Below are positions 7,945 through 16,405 of a DNA stretch of 64,000 nt, in pieces. The stretch's first letter is position 1. Each line of letters opens with the position of its first letter. The stretch spans positions 191,378-255,377 of the forward strand of contig CAZEEU010000001.1 of the NCBI GenBank assembly GCA_964511305.1. Reading direction: 5' to 3'. A program made the position numbers and the translations under genes. The notes below the pieces were generated by a model. That model did not search any database. It was not told where the DNA came from and worked only from the letters and a program-made list of their open reading frames with translations. This DNA comes from an uncultured Gammaproteobacteria bacterium. GTDB taxonomy: Bacteria; Patescibacteriota; Microgenomatia; Levybacterales; GWA1-39-11.

Positions 7945-10413
7945 ATGGAAGAACAATACGATAAATCGCAATATTACATTCTTTGGTTCGACGAAATCAA
8001 TAAAGATGACATTCCACTCGTTGGAGGCAAAAATGCCAACCTAGGGGAAATGTTCCAAAACCTTTCTCATACAGTCAGCCAAACATTCCCAGGGGAAAAA
8101 ATTCAAGTTCCCTATGGTTTTGCTGTAACCGCATATTCATATAGGTATTTTATTGAACAAAATGTACTCGATAAAAAAATTCATGAAGCATTAGACGGAC
8201 TTGATACTCATGACATGAAATCACTTGAGGAAGTAGGACGAAAAATTCGTGAAATGATAACTTCCGCACCATTTCCTGAAGAATTAAGTAAAGCTATCTT
8301 TGGTGCATATCATGAACTCGCAAAAAAGTTGTCTATAGAGGACGGTAATGTTGATGTTGCAGTTAGGTCCTCTGCGACTGCGGAAGATTTACCTGATGCG
8401 TCTTTTGCCGGCCAGCAAGAATCTTATCTTAATATAAGAGGAGAGCACGAATTACTTGAGGCTATCAAAAAAGCTTTTGCGTCACTTTTTACAAATCGGG
8501 CTATTTCATATCGTGTAGACCAGAATTTTGATCACTTCAAGGTAGCACTTTCTGTCTCCGTACAGAAAATGGCACGTTCTGACAGGGGGGCAAGCGGAGT
8601 AATGTTCACATTAGATACTGACAGTGGATTTAAGGATGTAATTCTCATAAATGGTTCTTGGGGCTTGGGTGAATATGTTGTAAAAGGCATAGTCACACCT
8701 GACGAATATGTGCTATTTAAACCAACGCTGAAGAAAGGCTTTAGAGCTATTATTGGTAAAAAGCTTGGCAGTAAAGAAAAAAAACTAATCTATTCTACTG
8801 AAGGAAATTCACCAACCAAAGAAGTACAAGTGGCCCCTAATGACCGTAATATGTTCGTACTCTCTGATGAGCAAATAATGAAGTTGGCAAAATGGGGAAT
8901 GATGATTGAAGAGCATTATCAAAAACCAATGGACATTGAATGGGCTTATGACGGGCAGGATAATGAGCTTTACATCGTCCAGGCACGACCAGAAACAGTA
9001 CAAGCAAAAAAAAGTGCGACTTCGCTTGAAGAATATATACTTGAAGAAAAAGGAAATGTTCTCACAAAAGGAGCCTCCGTTGGGAGAAAAATAGGACAAG
9101 GAAAAGCTCATTTCATAAAAGACCCAAGCCAGCTTTCGGACTTCTTACCAGGTGAGGTACTAATAGCAGAAATTACAGATCCTGACTGGGAACCTATCAT
9201 GAAGATAGCAAGTGCAATCGTTACTAACTCTGGCGGAAGAACAAGCCATGCAGCTATAGTCTCTCGAGAACTTGGTATTCCAGCAATTGTTGGTTGTGGA
9301 GATGCAACGACTAAAATCCAAACTGGCCAAGAAGTGACTGTGTGTTGCTCGGATGGCGAAGTTGGAAATGTATATGAGGGGCTTTTAAAATTCCATATCA
9401 ATACTACCGATATTGCTAACTTTGAGTTTCCAAAAACAGAAATAAAGATGATCGTCGCAAGTCCGGATCTAGTATTCAACTACGCTTTCATCCCAAATAA
9501 GGGGGTGGGCCTTGCTCGTGAGGAATTTATCATCTCAAATTTTATAAAAATTCATCCGAATGCACTTTTGGATTATGACAAACTTGAAGATCAAGAAGTT
9601 AAAAAGCAGATAGATATCCTTACCGCTGGATATGACAATAAAGTTGAATATTATATCGAAAAGCTTGCTTATGGTATTGCCTTGATTGCGTCTGCCTTCT
9701 ATCCAAATGAGGTACTACTCCGCTTCTCTGATTTTAAATCAAATGAATACGCGGGACTTGTTGGGGGAAATTTGTATGAACCTCATGAAGAAAACCCTAT
9801 GATCGGATGGCGTGGAGCAAGTAGATATACCGATCCTCAATTTTGCCGCGCATTTGCGCTTGAATGTGAAGCTATCAAAAAAGTTAGAAACGATATGGGA
9901 CTTTATAACCTCCAAGTTATGATTCCTTTTTGCAGAACTCCCGAGGAAGGACGCAAAGTTCTTGAGGAAATGTCCAAAAATGGACTTTCACATGATAAAG
10001 CAAAGAATATGCTTAATACTACTCAACTAGATGAGAATCTTCATGTCTGGGTAATGGCTGAAATTCCCTCAAATATACTACTCGTCGAAGATTTCGCTGA
10101 GATCTTTGATGGTTTTTCAATTGGATCGAATGATCTTACCCAATTGACTTTGGGGTTAGATAGAGACTCGAAGCTTATCGCACATATTGGCAACGAGAAT
10201 AATAGGGCTGTACACATTCTGATTTCCCAGCTTATTAAAAAAGCTCACGAAAAAGGATTGAAAGTCGGAATATGCGGACAAGGTCCATCTGATTTTCCGG
10301 AGCTAGCAGAATTTTTAGTAAAAGAGGGAATCGATTCTATTTCCCTTAATCCTGATACTGTTCTTAAAATGGCATTAAAAGTAAAAGAAGTAGAAGGCTC
10401 ACTATCCCATTAA
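7945..10413 (+). CDS. ppsA: phosphoenolpyruvate synthase
   Basis: PPDK_N ATP-grasp N-terminus (PLVGGKNANLGEM), phospho-His mobile domain GGRTSHAAIVSRELGIPAIVGCG, and a C-terminal PEP-utilising TIM barrel. 822 aa. Confidence 0.9.
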   Translation: MEEQYDKSQYYILWFDEINKDDIPLVGGKNANLGEMFQNLSHTVSQTFPGEKIQVPYGFAVTAYSYRYFIEQNVLDKKIHEALDGLDTHDMKSLEEVGRKIREMITSAPFPEELSKAIFGAYHELAKKLSIEDGNVDVAVRSSATAEDLPDASFAGQQESYLNIRGEHELLEAIKKAFASLFTNRAISYRVDQNFDHFKVALSVSVQKMARSDRGASGVMFTLDTDSGFKDVILINGSWGLGEYVVKGIVTPDEYVLFKPTLKKGFRAIIGKKLGSKEKKLIYSTEGNSPTKEVQVAPNDRNMFVLSDEQIMKLAKWGMMIEEHYQKPMDIEWAYDGQDNELYIVQARPETVQAKKSATSLEEYILEEKGNVLTKGASVGRKIGQGKAHFIKDPSQLSDFLPGEVLIAEITDPDWEPIMKIASAIVTNSGGRTSHAAIVSRELGIPAIVGCGDATTKIQTGQEVTVCCSDGEVGNVYEGLLKFHINTTDIANFEFPKTEIKMIVASPDLVFNYAFIPNKGVGLAREEFIISNFIKIHPNALLDYDKLEDQEVKKQIDILTAGYDNKVEYYIEKLAYGIALIASAFYPNEVLLRFSDFKSNEYAGLVGGNLYEPHEENPMIGWRGASRYTDPQFCRAFALECEAIKKVRNDMGLYNLQVMIPFCRTPEEGRKVLEEMSKNGLSHDKAKNMLNTTQLDENLHVWVMAEIPSNILLVEDFAEIFDGFSIGSNDLTQLTLGLDRDSKLIAHIGNENNRAVHILISQLIKKAHEKGLKVGICGQGPSDFPELAEFLVKEGIDSISLNPDTVLKMALKVKEVEGSLSH

Positions 10414-10511
10414 TAATTGATCAATATCACAATTCCTGCGTGAGTACGATCAATGACTCCCCACATCTTCCTTAATATAATACTAGTATCTTTATAACTA
10501 TCTACAGGGAG

Positions 10512-10886
10512 GTGAAAAAAATGTTTGCTGAAGATATTAAGAAACTTACAAAAGAAAATACAAATTTTAGAAAAGTTCTCCATACAGGTCAACACAGTCA
10601 AATTGTTGCTATGTGTATTCCTGTTAACCTAGACATAGGAGAAGAAGTGCACCCAAATACTGACCAGATAATTTTTATTGTTGATGGTGAAGGTGAGGCA
10701 ATCATCGATGGTGAGGCAAGAAGGATTGGGGAGCATGATGTTGTCTTTGTACCATTGGGTGCCAGACACAACTTCCAAAATGTTGGGGAAGAGGATTTAA
10801 AACTCTTCACTGTATACGCACCACCTGAGCATCCAGATGGAACCACACACTCAACAAAAGAAGATGCACAAAAAGCAGAGCGTTAA
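10512..10886 (+). CDS. cupin domain protein
   Basis: Two-motif cupin (G(X)5HXH...E and ...GxxxH: EVHPNTDQIIFIVDGEGEA...FVPLGARHNFQNVG). RBS GGGAGGTG lies 7 nt upstream. It is a paralogue of 44357..44740. Confidence 0.7.
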   Translation: MKKMFAEDIKKLTKENTNFRKVLHTGQHSQIVAMCIPVNLDIGEEVHPNTDQIIFIVDGEGEAIIDGEARRIGEHDVVFVPLGARHNFQNVGEEDLKLFTVYAPPEHPDGTTHSTKEDAQKAER

Positions 10887-10917
10887 TGCTCTGCTTTGAA
10901 ATGAGAAGTGATTTGCT

Positions 10918-11166
10918 ATGAAAAAGAAAAACGAAGAATCGTTCAGTGTAAATGGAGAAAACCTACTTAAAAAAGTTAAGGAAATTATTGAAGAAGGAAA
11001 TGTACGAAGAATAACTATAAAAGATAAAGATGGGAAAGAATTAATTGCATTTCCGCTTACATTAGGCGTAGTTGGAGCAGTACTCGCTCCTATACTTGCT
11101 GCAGTTGGAGCAATTGCAGCACTGATAGGAGATTGTACAATCTCGGTTGAAAGGGAGGAAAAATGA
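10918..11166 (+). CDS. DUF4342 domain protein
   Basis: IKDKDGKELIAFPLTLGVVGAVLAPILAAVGAIAAL matches the DUF4342 pattern. Confidence 0.55.
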   Translation: MKKKNEESFSVNGENLLKKVKEIIEEGNVRRITIKDKDGKELIAFPLTLGVVGAVLAPILAAVGAIAALIGDCTISVEREEK

Positions 11167-11549
11167 GCTCTTACTTAATTAAGAACTTCGCTATTGGAAT
11201 ACTGCTATTTATTGGTATTACTGCTATTTTTGGTGGCGTAAGTCTAATAATAACCAATGGCCTTGGAACGACAGTTCCTCAGCTACATGGATACTTTCAG
11301 TCCTTTGCCATTCCCGGACTTATGCTATTTTTAGTTGGCGCTATCAACATAGGTGCAGCTTGGTTATTAATTATTCATCACAAGTTTCAGTACGAGCTTA
11401 TTACAAGTGCTGCATTAGGAATGCTTATATACAAAGTGTCTGAGTTGTATATCGTTCAGTACCCACACTGGTTGCAATTGTTCTACTCTGCGCTCTCAAT
11501 CACACTTTTAATTTTTATTATGCTCCTTTTAAGAAGAAACTATGATTAA
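11163..11549 (+). CDS. small 4-TM membrane protein
   Basis: Hydrophobic ORF with ATGA start/stop overlap to the upstream gene. Confidence 0.5.
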   Translation: MSSYLIKNFAIGILLFIGITAIFGGVSLIITNGLGTTVPQLHGYFQSFAIPGLMLFLVGAINIGAAWLLIIHHKFQYELITSAALGMLIYKVSELYIVQYPHWLQLFYSALSITLLIFIMLLLRRNYD

Positions 11550-11871
11550 GGAACTTATTGTTGGGCTATTGATAATTCATGGGATTATTCATCTTTTAGG
11601 TTTTGCGAAAGGTTTTAACATAAAAGAACTTGATCAATTCAACGAGTCAATATCTGAACCTTTTGGACTTACTTGGTTTATTACATGCATCTTGTTTGTA
11701 ACCTCAGGGATAGGATTATTGCTTGATCAAATTTGGTGGGTATATGTGGCAATTATTTCAATATTACTCTCCCAGTTACTTATTTTTAGATTTTGGCTTG
11801 ACGCCAAAACCGGCACAGCTATAAATTTCATACTAGTGATTGCCATTTTGATTTTCTTCAACGTACAATAA
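11542..11871 (+). CDS. small 4-TM membrane protein
   Basis: Hydrophobic ORF overlapping the upstream gene by 8 nt, consistent with an operon. Confidence 0.5.
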   Translation: MIKELIVGLLIIHGIIHLLGFAKGFNIKELDQFNESISEPFGLTWFITCILFVTSGIGLLLDQIWWVYVAIISILLSQLLIFRFWLDAKTGTAINFILVIAILIFFNVQ

Positions 11872-11878
11872 TATACAT

Positions 11879-12478
11879 ATGGCAAATATAGACTACAAAG
11901 AGAAATTGCTAGGTGTGCTTCAGAATGAGACTGGTAAAAATATTGTTATTACCCATGTAACGATTCGTCAAAGCATTTCTTTTCTTGTGCTTCGTCTCCT
12001 TTCTATAGAAATCATGGCAGCTATTGCAATAATTGTCTTTCATACACTCATTCTCAGAAGCGACATAAGACAACTAGTCGGAGACGATATTCTTATTTTT
12101 AACATACCACTTTTTATTCTCCTAGTAGTAATAAAAACTGTGATTACCATTTTTGTAATAATTCAGTGGCTTAATGAGTATTACGAAATAACAACAAAAG
12201 ATATCGTTCATAGAAGAGGTCTAATACTTAAAAAAGAAGAAAGACACTTGCTGCAACATATAGGGTCTGTAAGCATTGAGCAAGGTGTATTTGGGAGAAT
12301 ATTTAATTTTGGGACACTTAAGCTTTTTAACTGGACAAAGGAAAAATATGTATATCTTTACTTAATTCACAATCCCATGAAATATCTACACATCATGGAA
12401 GAGTTGCTACCTGATGCTGACAAATCGAAAAGGACCGTTCGAGAGCATATACTTGAGCCTGAAGAAGATAGCCTCTAG
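11879..12478 (+). CDS. membrane protein with bacterial PH (bPH_2 / YdbT-like) domain
   Basis: N-terminal TM helices, then YYEITTKDIVHRRGLILKKEERHLLQHIGSVSIEQGVFGRIFNFGTLKL typical of bPH_2 (DUF304). Confidence 0.55.
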   Translation: MANIDYKEKLLGVLQNETGKNIVITHVTIRQSISFLVLRLLSIEIMAAIAIIVFHTLILRSDIRQLVGDDILIFNIPLFILLVVIKTVITIFVIIQWLNEYYEITTKDIVHRRGLILKKEERHLLQHIGSVSIEQGVFGRIFNFGTLKLFNWTKEKYVYLYLIHNPMKYLHIMEELLPDADKSKRTVREHILEPEEDSL

Positions 12479-12561
12479 TTTCTCTTTCGTGTGATCCAAA
12501 TCAAATCCATTATGTGACTAGTGTCAATGACTTGAAATTGCTTGGGGTGTATAAATTAGAT

Positions 12562-13080
12562 ATGAAAACAATAGATTTCAAGAAAATTCTTCTGCCACAT
12601 GATGGATCGGAGTGCGCGTCAATGATTCTTCCTCATGCGGCTTCGCTGGCAAAGACGTTGCATGCTGAGATTGTATTATTACATGTTACGACACCTTATA
12701 TTCATGAATTCAGCTACAGCGGGTTGTATGACATAGGCACTCCTGCATCTTCAGGGGCATACAGTAAGTTCTTGCAAGATATGACAAGTAAAATAAGAGA
12801 GACTGCAACTAAAGATCTAGAAAAAGTGAAGCAGGAGCTGATAACTAAAGGGGTTAAGAAGGTAACAAGCAAGGTTCTTGAAGGATACCCTCCGGAAATA
12901 ATTCTCTATATTGCACAGCATGAAAAAATTGATCTTATAATGATGTCCACTCATGGAAGAACCGGACTTAAGAAAGTACTAATAGGATCGGTTGCAGAAC
13001 AAATTATTCACCAAGCAACTTGCCCAGTATTTACAGTACACCCAAATCAAAAAGATATTAAAAAAACGAAGAGGGGGTGA
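12562..13080 (+). CDS. universal stress protein UspA family
   Basis: KKILLPHDGSE...LLHV and a C-terminal G..GRTGL..VLIGSVAEQIIHQATCPVFTV ATP-binding motif. The ATG at 12562 is the more plausible start; the ORF track starts at 12514. Confidence 0.85.
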   Translation: MKTIDFKKILLPHDGSECASMILPHAASLAKTLHAEIVLLHVTTPYIHEFSYSGLYDIGTPASSGAYSKFLQDMTSKIRETATKDLEKVKQELITKGVKKVTSKVLEGYPPEIILYIAQHEKIDLIMMSTHGRTGLKKVLIGSVAEQIIHQATCPVFTVHPNQKDIKKTKRG

Positions 13081-13274
13081 ATACTAAAATAAATATTTTC
13101 AAAACATTCAAACTTACATGGTGGCAAGCAGCTTTCTTCAAGTTGACTACAATTCCAGTGGGAATTATTCTTGGACTTCTATTTCCAGAAATTCTTTCAC
13201 CATTTTTCTATCTGATCGTTGCAGTATTTATTGTTAGTTGTCTTATTACAATTTACTATTGGTATAAGCAATAA
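13077..13274 (+). CDS. small 2-TM membrane protein
   Basis: 65-aa hydrophobic ORF with a 4-nt overlap to uspA. Confidence 0.4.
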   Translation: MNTKINIFKTFKLTWWQAAFFKLTTIPVGIILGLLFPEILSPFFYLIVAVFIVSCLITIYYWYKQ

Positions 13275-13307
13275 AGGATACTAATTGCAATATTATTGTA
13301 AATACCT

Positions 13308-13466
13308 ATGAAAATTAATTCAACTTGGCATGCTAAAAACATGATGCCTAAAAAAGCCACTCTTGATGATAGAGTCAAATGGCACCTAGAACACTCTAAA
13401 AATTGTAATTGTCGTCCATTGGGAGGAATGATTCTAGATGAAATAAAGAAAAGAAAACTTCTATGA
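13308..13466 (+). CDS. conserved small protein (52 aa, CNC motif), not in ORF track
   Basis: Hand translation gives MKINSTWHAKNMMPKKATLDDRVKWHLEHSKNCNCRPLGGMILDEIKKRKLL. It fills an otherwise empty 190-bp gap, and its stop overlaps the next start (ATGA). Confidence 0.45.
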   Translation: MKINSTWHAKNMMPKKATLDDRVKWHLEHSKNCNCRPLGGMILDEIKKRKLL

Positions 13467-13840
13467 GCAAACAATTTTTAAAAGATGTTTTTGTTTGGGG
13501 ATTTATCCTTTGGCTAATTGGCTATCTACTTGGAATTGTGTTTTTCCCTATCGTTCCAAATTCAATACTTGGATGGATAATTATGCCAATAGGGACAACA
13601 ATCACTCTTTGGGTTTTGCTTAGAAAAATAAAAGCAGACTCATTTAAATATTACGTTTTACTTGCCCTTGTTTGGGTTCTAATAGCAATTACCTGTGATT
13701 ATTTTTTTCTTGTCAAAATATTCAAACCAGCAGATGGCTATTATAAGCTGGACGTATACTTGTACTACGTATTAACTCTTTCTTTCCCACTACTTGTTGG
13801 CTGGGTAAGGAAATCATCAAGTATTACAAAAAGTGGTTAG
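13463..13840 (+). CDS. small 4-TM membrane protein
   Basis: Hydrophobic 125-aa ORF. Confidence 0.5.
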   Translation: MSKQFLKDVFVWGFILWLIGYLLGIVFFPIVPNSILGWIIMPIGTTITLWVLLRKIKADSFKYYVLLALVWVLIAITCDYFFLVKIFKPADGYYKLDVYLYYVLTLSFPLLVGWVRKSSSITKSG

Positions 13841-14029
13841 ATTGTAAATAGAAATGATAGGTTAAGAGATTAATATGACATGGAAAAGGAAGTCTGGAGA
13901 AAATATTAAAACTAAAGTTATACTCGTACCTGTTGCTCACAAGGGTCATATCTTTGCACTCCATTTTGTATCTCAACTTTGAACAGGAGCTCCCTAGTGT
14001 ATTAGTTGCTTCAAAAAAACCTTCACAAT

Positions 14030-15085
14030 TTAATGAGGGCTACTGGCAACAGAAATTTTTAGTCCACCGGGAAGATTAACGGAGTTACCCGCATTTTCCT
14101 TCAAAAGCTCTGCTGCCGCAAGAACTTGGGCTACGTATTCTCCTGAATAGTCATCAAGGCCAGAAATAACCTCCTCCTGAACTTTTTTATTATGAAGTAG
14201 TTGGTATACATTAAGATTGTCCTTCTTAATTAACCTTTTCATATCATCTACAATTTTTGCGCTGGCAACAGGATCGTTATTACCTATAGCCTCACCATAA
14301 TCTTTTATATCCTCACCATTTACATCCAAAAAATAAACTCTTAAGGCTCTAGCAACTATCCCTGGACCTGCATGATATGACCATATCGCCATGCCTTCGT
14401 TACCACCAAAAAGTGCTTTGTTATCCTCGAGATAGCTACCTGCTGCCGCAATACTTTTAGGTGCATTTTTGCGCTCATCAAATTCAGAATTTACATGTAA
14501 ACCATATTGCCGTGCTGTTGCAGGCAAGAATTGAGCAACACCAAGTGCGCCTGATTTTTTATTGAGAATATCTTCTCCTCCACCATTTTCTACAGAAATA
14601 ATCCCCATAAGTGTGTCTTTTGATATGCCATACGCAAGCGCCGTTTCTTCAATTTGTCGTTTATATTTTAATGGAATTACTTGGTGTTCTTGCATGTAGC
14701 CTGGTTTTGCTGCAATTTTGCTTTTATACATGTCTACCTCCTGTCGTGCCTCTGCCTTTTGAACCTCATTTGACCCCCGCATGACTTCGTTGAAAATTCC
14801 CTGATCTTTATTCTGGACAATCATCTCAGATCCACTTGCATCTGCTTTGTGCACAAAATTTACAATAGCATGAGAATTATCACTATCAGCAGTAAGACTA
14901 TTGCTCATAACTCCTCCGGTTGCGCCGCCTGCGGAAGCTGCAAGTACGAGAGGCATGACTTTACTTGCTATTCCTAGCAGCTTTGAGGACCCTTTTTGAG
15001 TCTCAACCTGCATATCTGTGCTTATATTTCCACTCCCTACGGAGCCCGTTGCATCAATAATGTCTTCCATAAAGTTAGTATGCAC
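14030..15085 (-). CDS. lytic transglycosylase (SLT domain) protein
   Basis: C-terminal SLT catalytic region ...LMGIISVENGGGE...SGALGVAQFLPATARQYGL. The N-terminal half is low-complexity with a TM segment. The start appears to be GTG at 15085. Confidence 0.75.
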   Translation of the reverse strand: MHTNFMEDIIDATGSVGSGNISTDMQVETQKGSSKLLGIASKVMPLVLAASAGGATGGVMSNSLTADSDNSHAIVNFVHKADASGSEMIVQNKDQGIFNEVMRGSNEVQKAEARQEVDMYKSKIAAKPGYMQEHQVIPLKYKRQIEETALAYGISKDTLMGIISVENGGGEDILNKKSGALGVAQFLPATARQYGLHVNSEFDERKNAPKSIAAAGSYLEDNKALFGGNEGMAIWSYHAGPGIVARALRVYFLDVNGEDIKDYGEAIGNNDPVASAKIVDDMKRLIKKDNLNVYQLLHNKKVQEEVISGLDDYSGEYVAQVLAAAELLKENAGNSVNLPGGLKISVASSPH

Positions 15086-15092
15086 AAAAAAA

Positions 15093-15119
15093 CAACCCCA
15101 CGCAATGTGGGGTTGTTTT
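15093..15119. terminator. intrinsic-terminator-like hairpin (CAACCCCAC-gcaat-GTGGGGTTG) flanked by A7 and T4
   Basis: Perfect 9-bp GC-rich stem read from the sequence. It sits in the leader of the minus-strand SLT gene, between divergent genes. Confidence 0.55.
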
Positions 15120-15260
15120 GTAATACTAAATGGGAAAAGATTATTCCTTCTTGCCTGCTATGTTAACCATCCAGCCACTTATTTACCTCACTTCATAATT
15201 ATTATTTCAATAATACGCGGGAGTTTCTAACCAAATTTTCATGGTAAAATATCGTTTGGC

Positions 15261-16385
15261 ATGAATACACATGAAGGTAGTCCAAGATTAGATCGAAGAC
15301 AAGCGCTAAGACTTGGAGTAGGGCTTGGAGTAGGTGCCGCCGTAGAGCTTGTTACCGGTGGTTGCATTGTAGAGCCTATCGAAAAGCCTCCAACCGTTGG
15401 TCCTGAAGTTTCACCAACAAACGAATCCTTATTGGCAGATCCAACAGCAACAGAGTTGGTTACTAATACGCCTACAAGAATCGTAACACCAAGACCTTCA
15501 AACACCACAAAACCCACCAGCACCCAAGAACCGACTCAAACACAAGAGCCAACAGCAACAAGAAACCCAGAATCTGGAGGGCCCTTCGAAATGGCTGATT
15601 TGCAAAACCGGCTTGCTGCACGTATCGAGGGCTACCGTGACTTTCAGGGAAGAACTGCGATTTCAGTTACAGATGCGTCTTCCGGTCAAACAATTCATGT
15701 AAATGGTGGCAGACCACAACTGACTGGCTGCGTTGCCAATCTTCCCTTAATGCTTTCTGTCGTAAACGAACTTTCCCAAAAAAGAGCTGCCTATTCTCAA
15801 AATGATTTTGAGAGACATTTAATCGCAATGGTTCGCAACTCAGATCCTCACGAAGGAAAAACGGTTGTTAGCATGCTTGGCGGTGATGATATTGGTCGTG
15901 GTATTGAGATTGTAAATAGAAATATGAATAGCTGGGGAATGGCACGAAGTCTTTACAACCACCCACCTGCATATCCGGATGAGTATACAGAAGTTGAAGC
16001 AAGCAACCAAATTGTTGCAAATGAACTAAATGCTGTTCTTGCCAAACTTGCACAAAACAAATTATTTGGAAACGTAGACATGAATGAATATGCAAAATTT
16101 ATAATGTCAAATAACAAACCAGGGCTTAACTTTATGATTCCCGGAAATATTAGCGATCGCGCTGATGTAGTTCATAAAGTTGGCTGGTTCTACGGTTTCC
16201 CGAATACAATAAATGACGCAGGAATTGTAAAAGACAGAAGGGGAAGATTTTCTTATTCAATTGTTACTATGTTTGAGGATTTTAATGACAACATAAGTGA
16301 AAATGCATTATTTGTAGGGCCCGGCTCATTTTTAGCAGGTCTTTCTGAAATGGTCTACAACACATTTGACAAAAAATACTCGTAG
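15261..16385 (+). CDS. secreted class-A beta-lactamase-fold protein with Tat-like signal, probably non-catalytic
   Basis: Signal SPRLDRRQALRLGVGLGVGAA (twin-arginine), a Pro/Thr linker, then a beta-lactamase-like core (SDP~SDN, KVG~KTG). The SxxK position reads LTGCVA, so the Ser/Lys dyad is absent. Confidence 0.4.
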   Translation: MNTHEGSPRLDRRQALRLGVGLGVGAAVELVTGGCIVEPIEKPPTVGPEVSPTNESLLADPTATELVTNTPTRIVTPRPSNTTKPTSTQEPTQTQEPTATRNPESGGPFEMADLQNRLAARIEGYRDFQGRTAISVTDASSGQTIHVNGGRPQLTGCVANLPLMLSVVNELSQKRAAYSQNDFERHLIAMVRNSDPHEGKTVVSMLGGDDIGRGIEIVNRNMNSWGMARSLYNHPPAYPDEYTEVEASNQIVANELNAVLAKLAQNKLFGNVDMNEYAKFIMSNNKPGLNFMIPGNISDRADVVHKVGWFYGFPNTINDAGIVKDRRGRFSYSIVTMFEDFNDNISENALFVGPGSFLAGLSEMVYNTFDKKYS

Positions 16386-16405
16386 CGTCCAAAAAAGGCA
16401 ATCTT

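Noticed and set aside
8809-9479. Antisense ORFs inside ppsA (8809..9111, 9108..9479)
   Set aside because: They are shadow ORFs on the opposite strand of a well-supported 822-aa gene. Similar antisense ORFs inside lon, the giant protein, the terpenoid fusion and the HK were rejected the same way. The ORF-track entries at 27297..27566, 27826..28023, 28384..28692, 28864..29160, 31322..31946, 38890..39344 and 39537..39835 are examples.
15018-15230. 70-aa plus-strand ORF spanning the divergent promoter region
   Set aside because: It overlaps the SLT gene start and the terminator-like hairpin. It has low-complexity composition and no RBS, so it is likely spurious.
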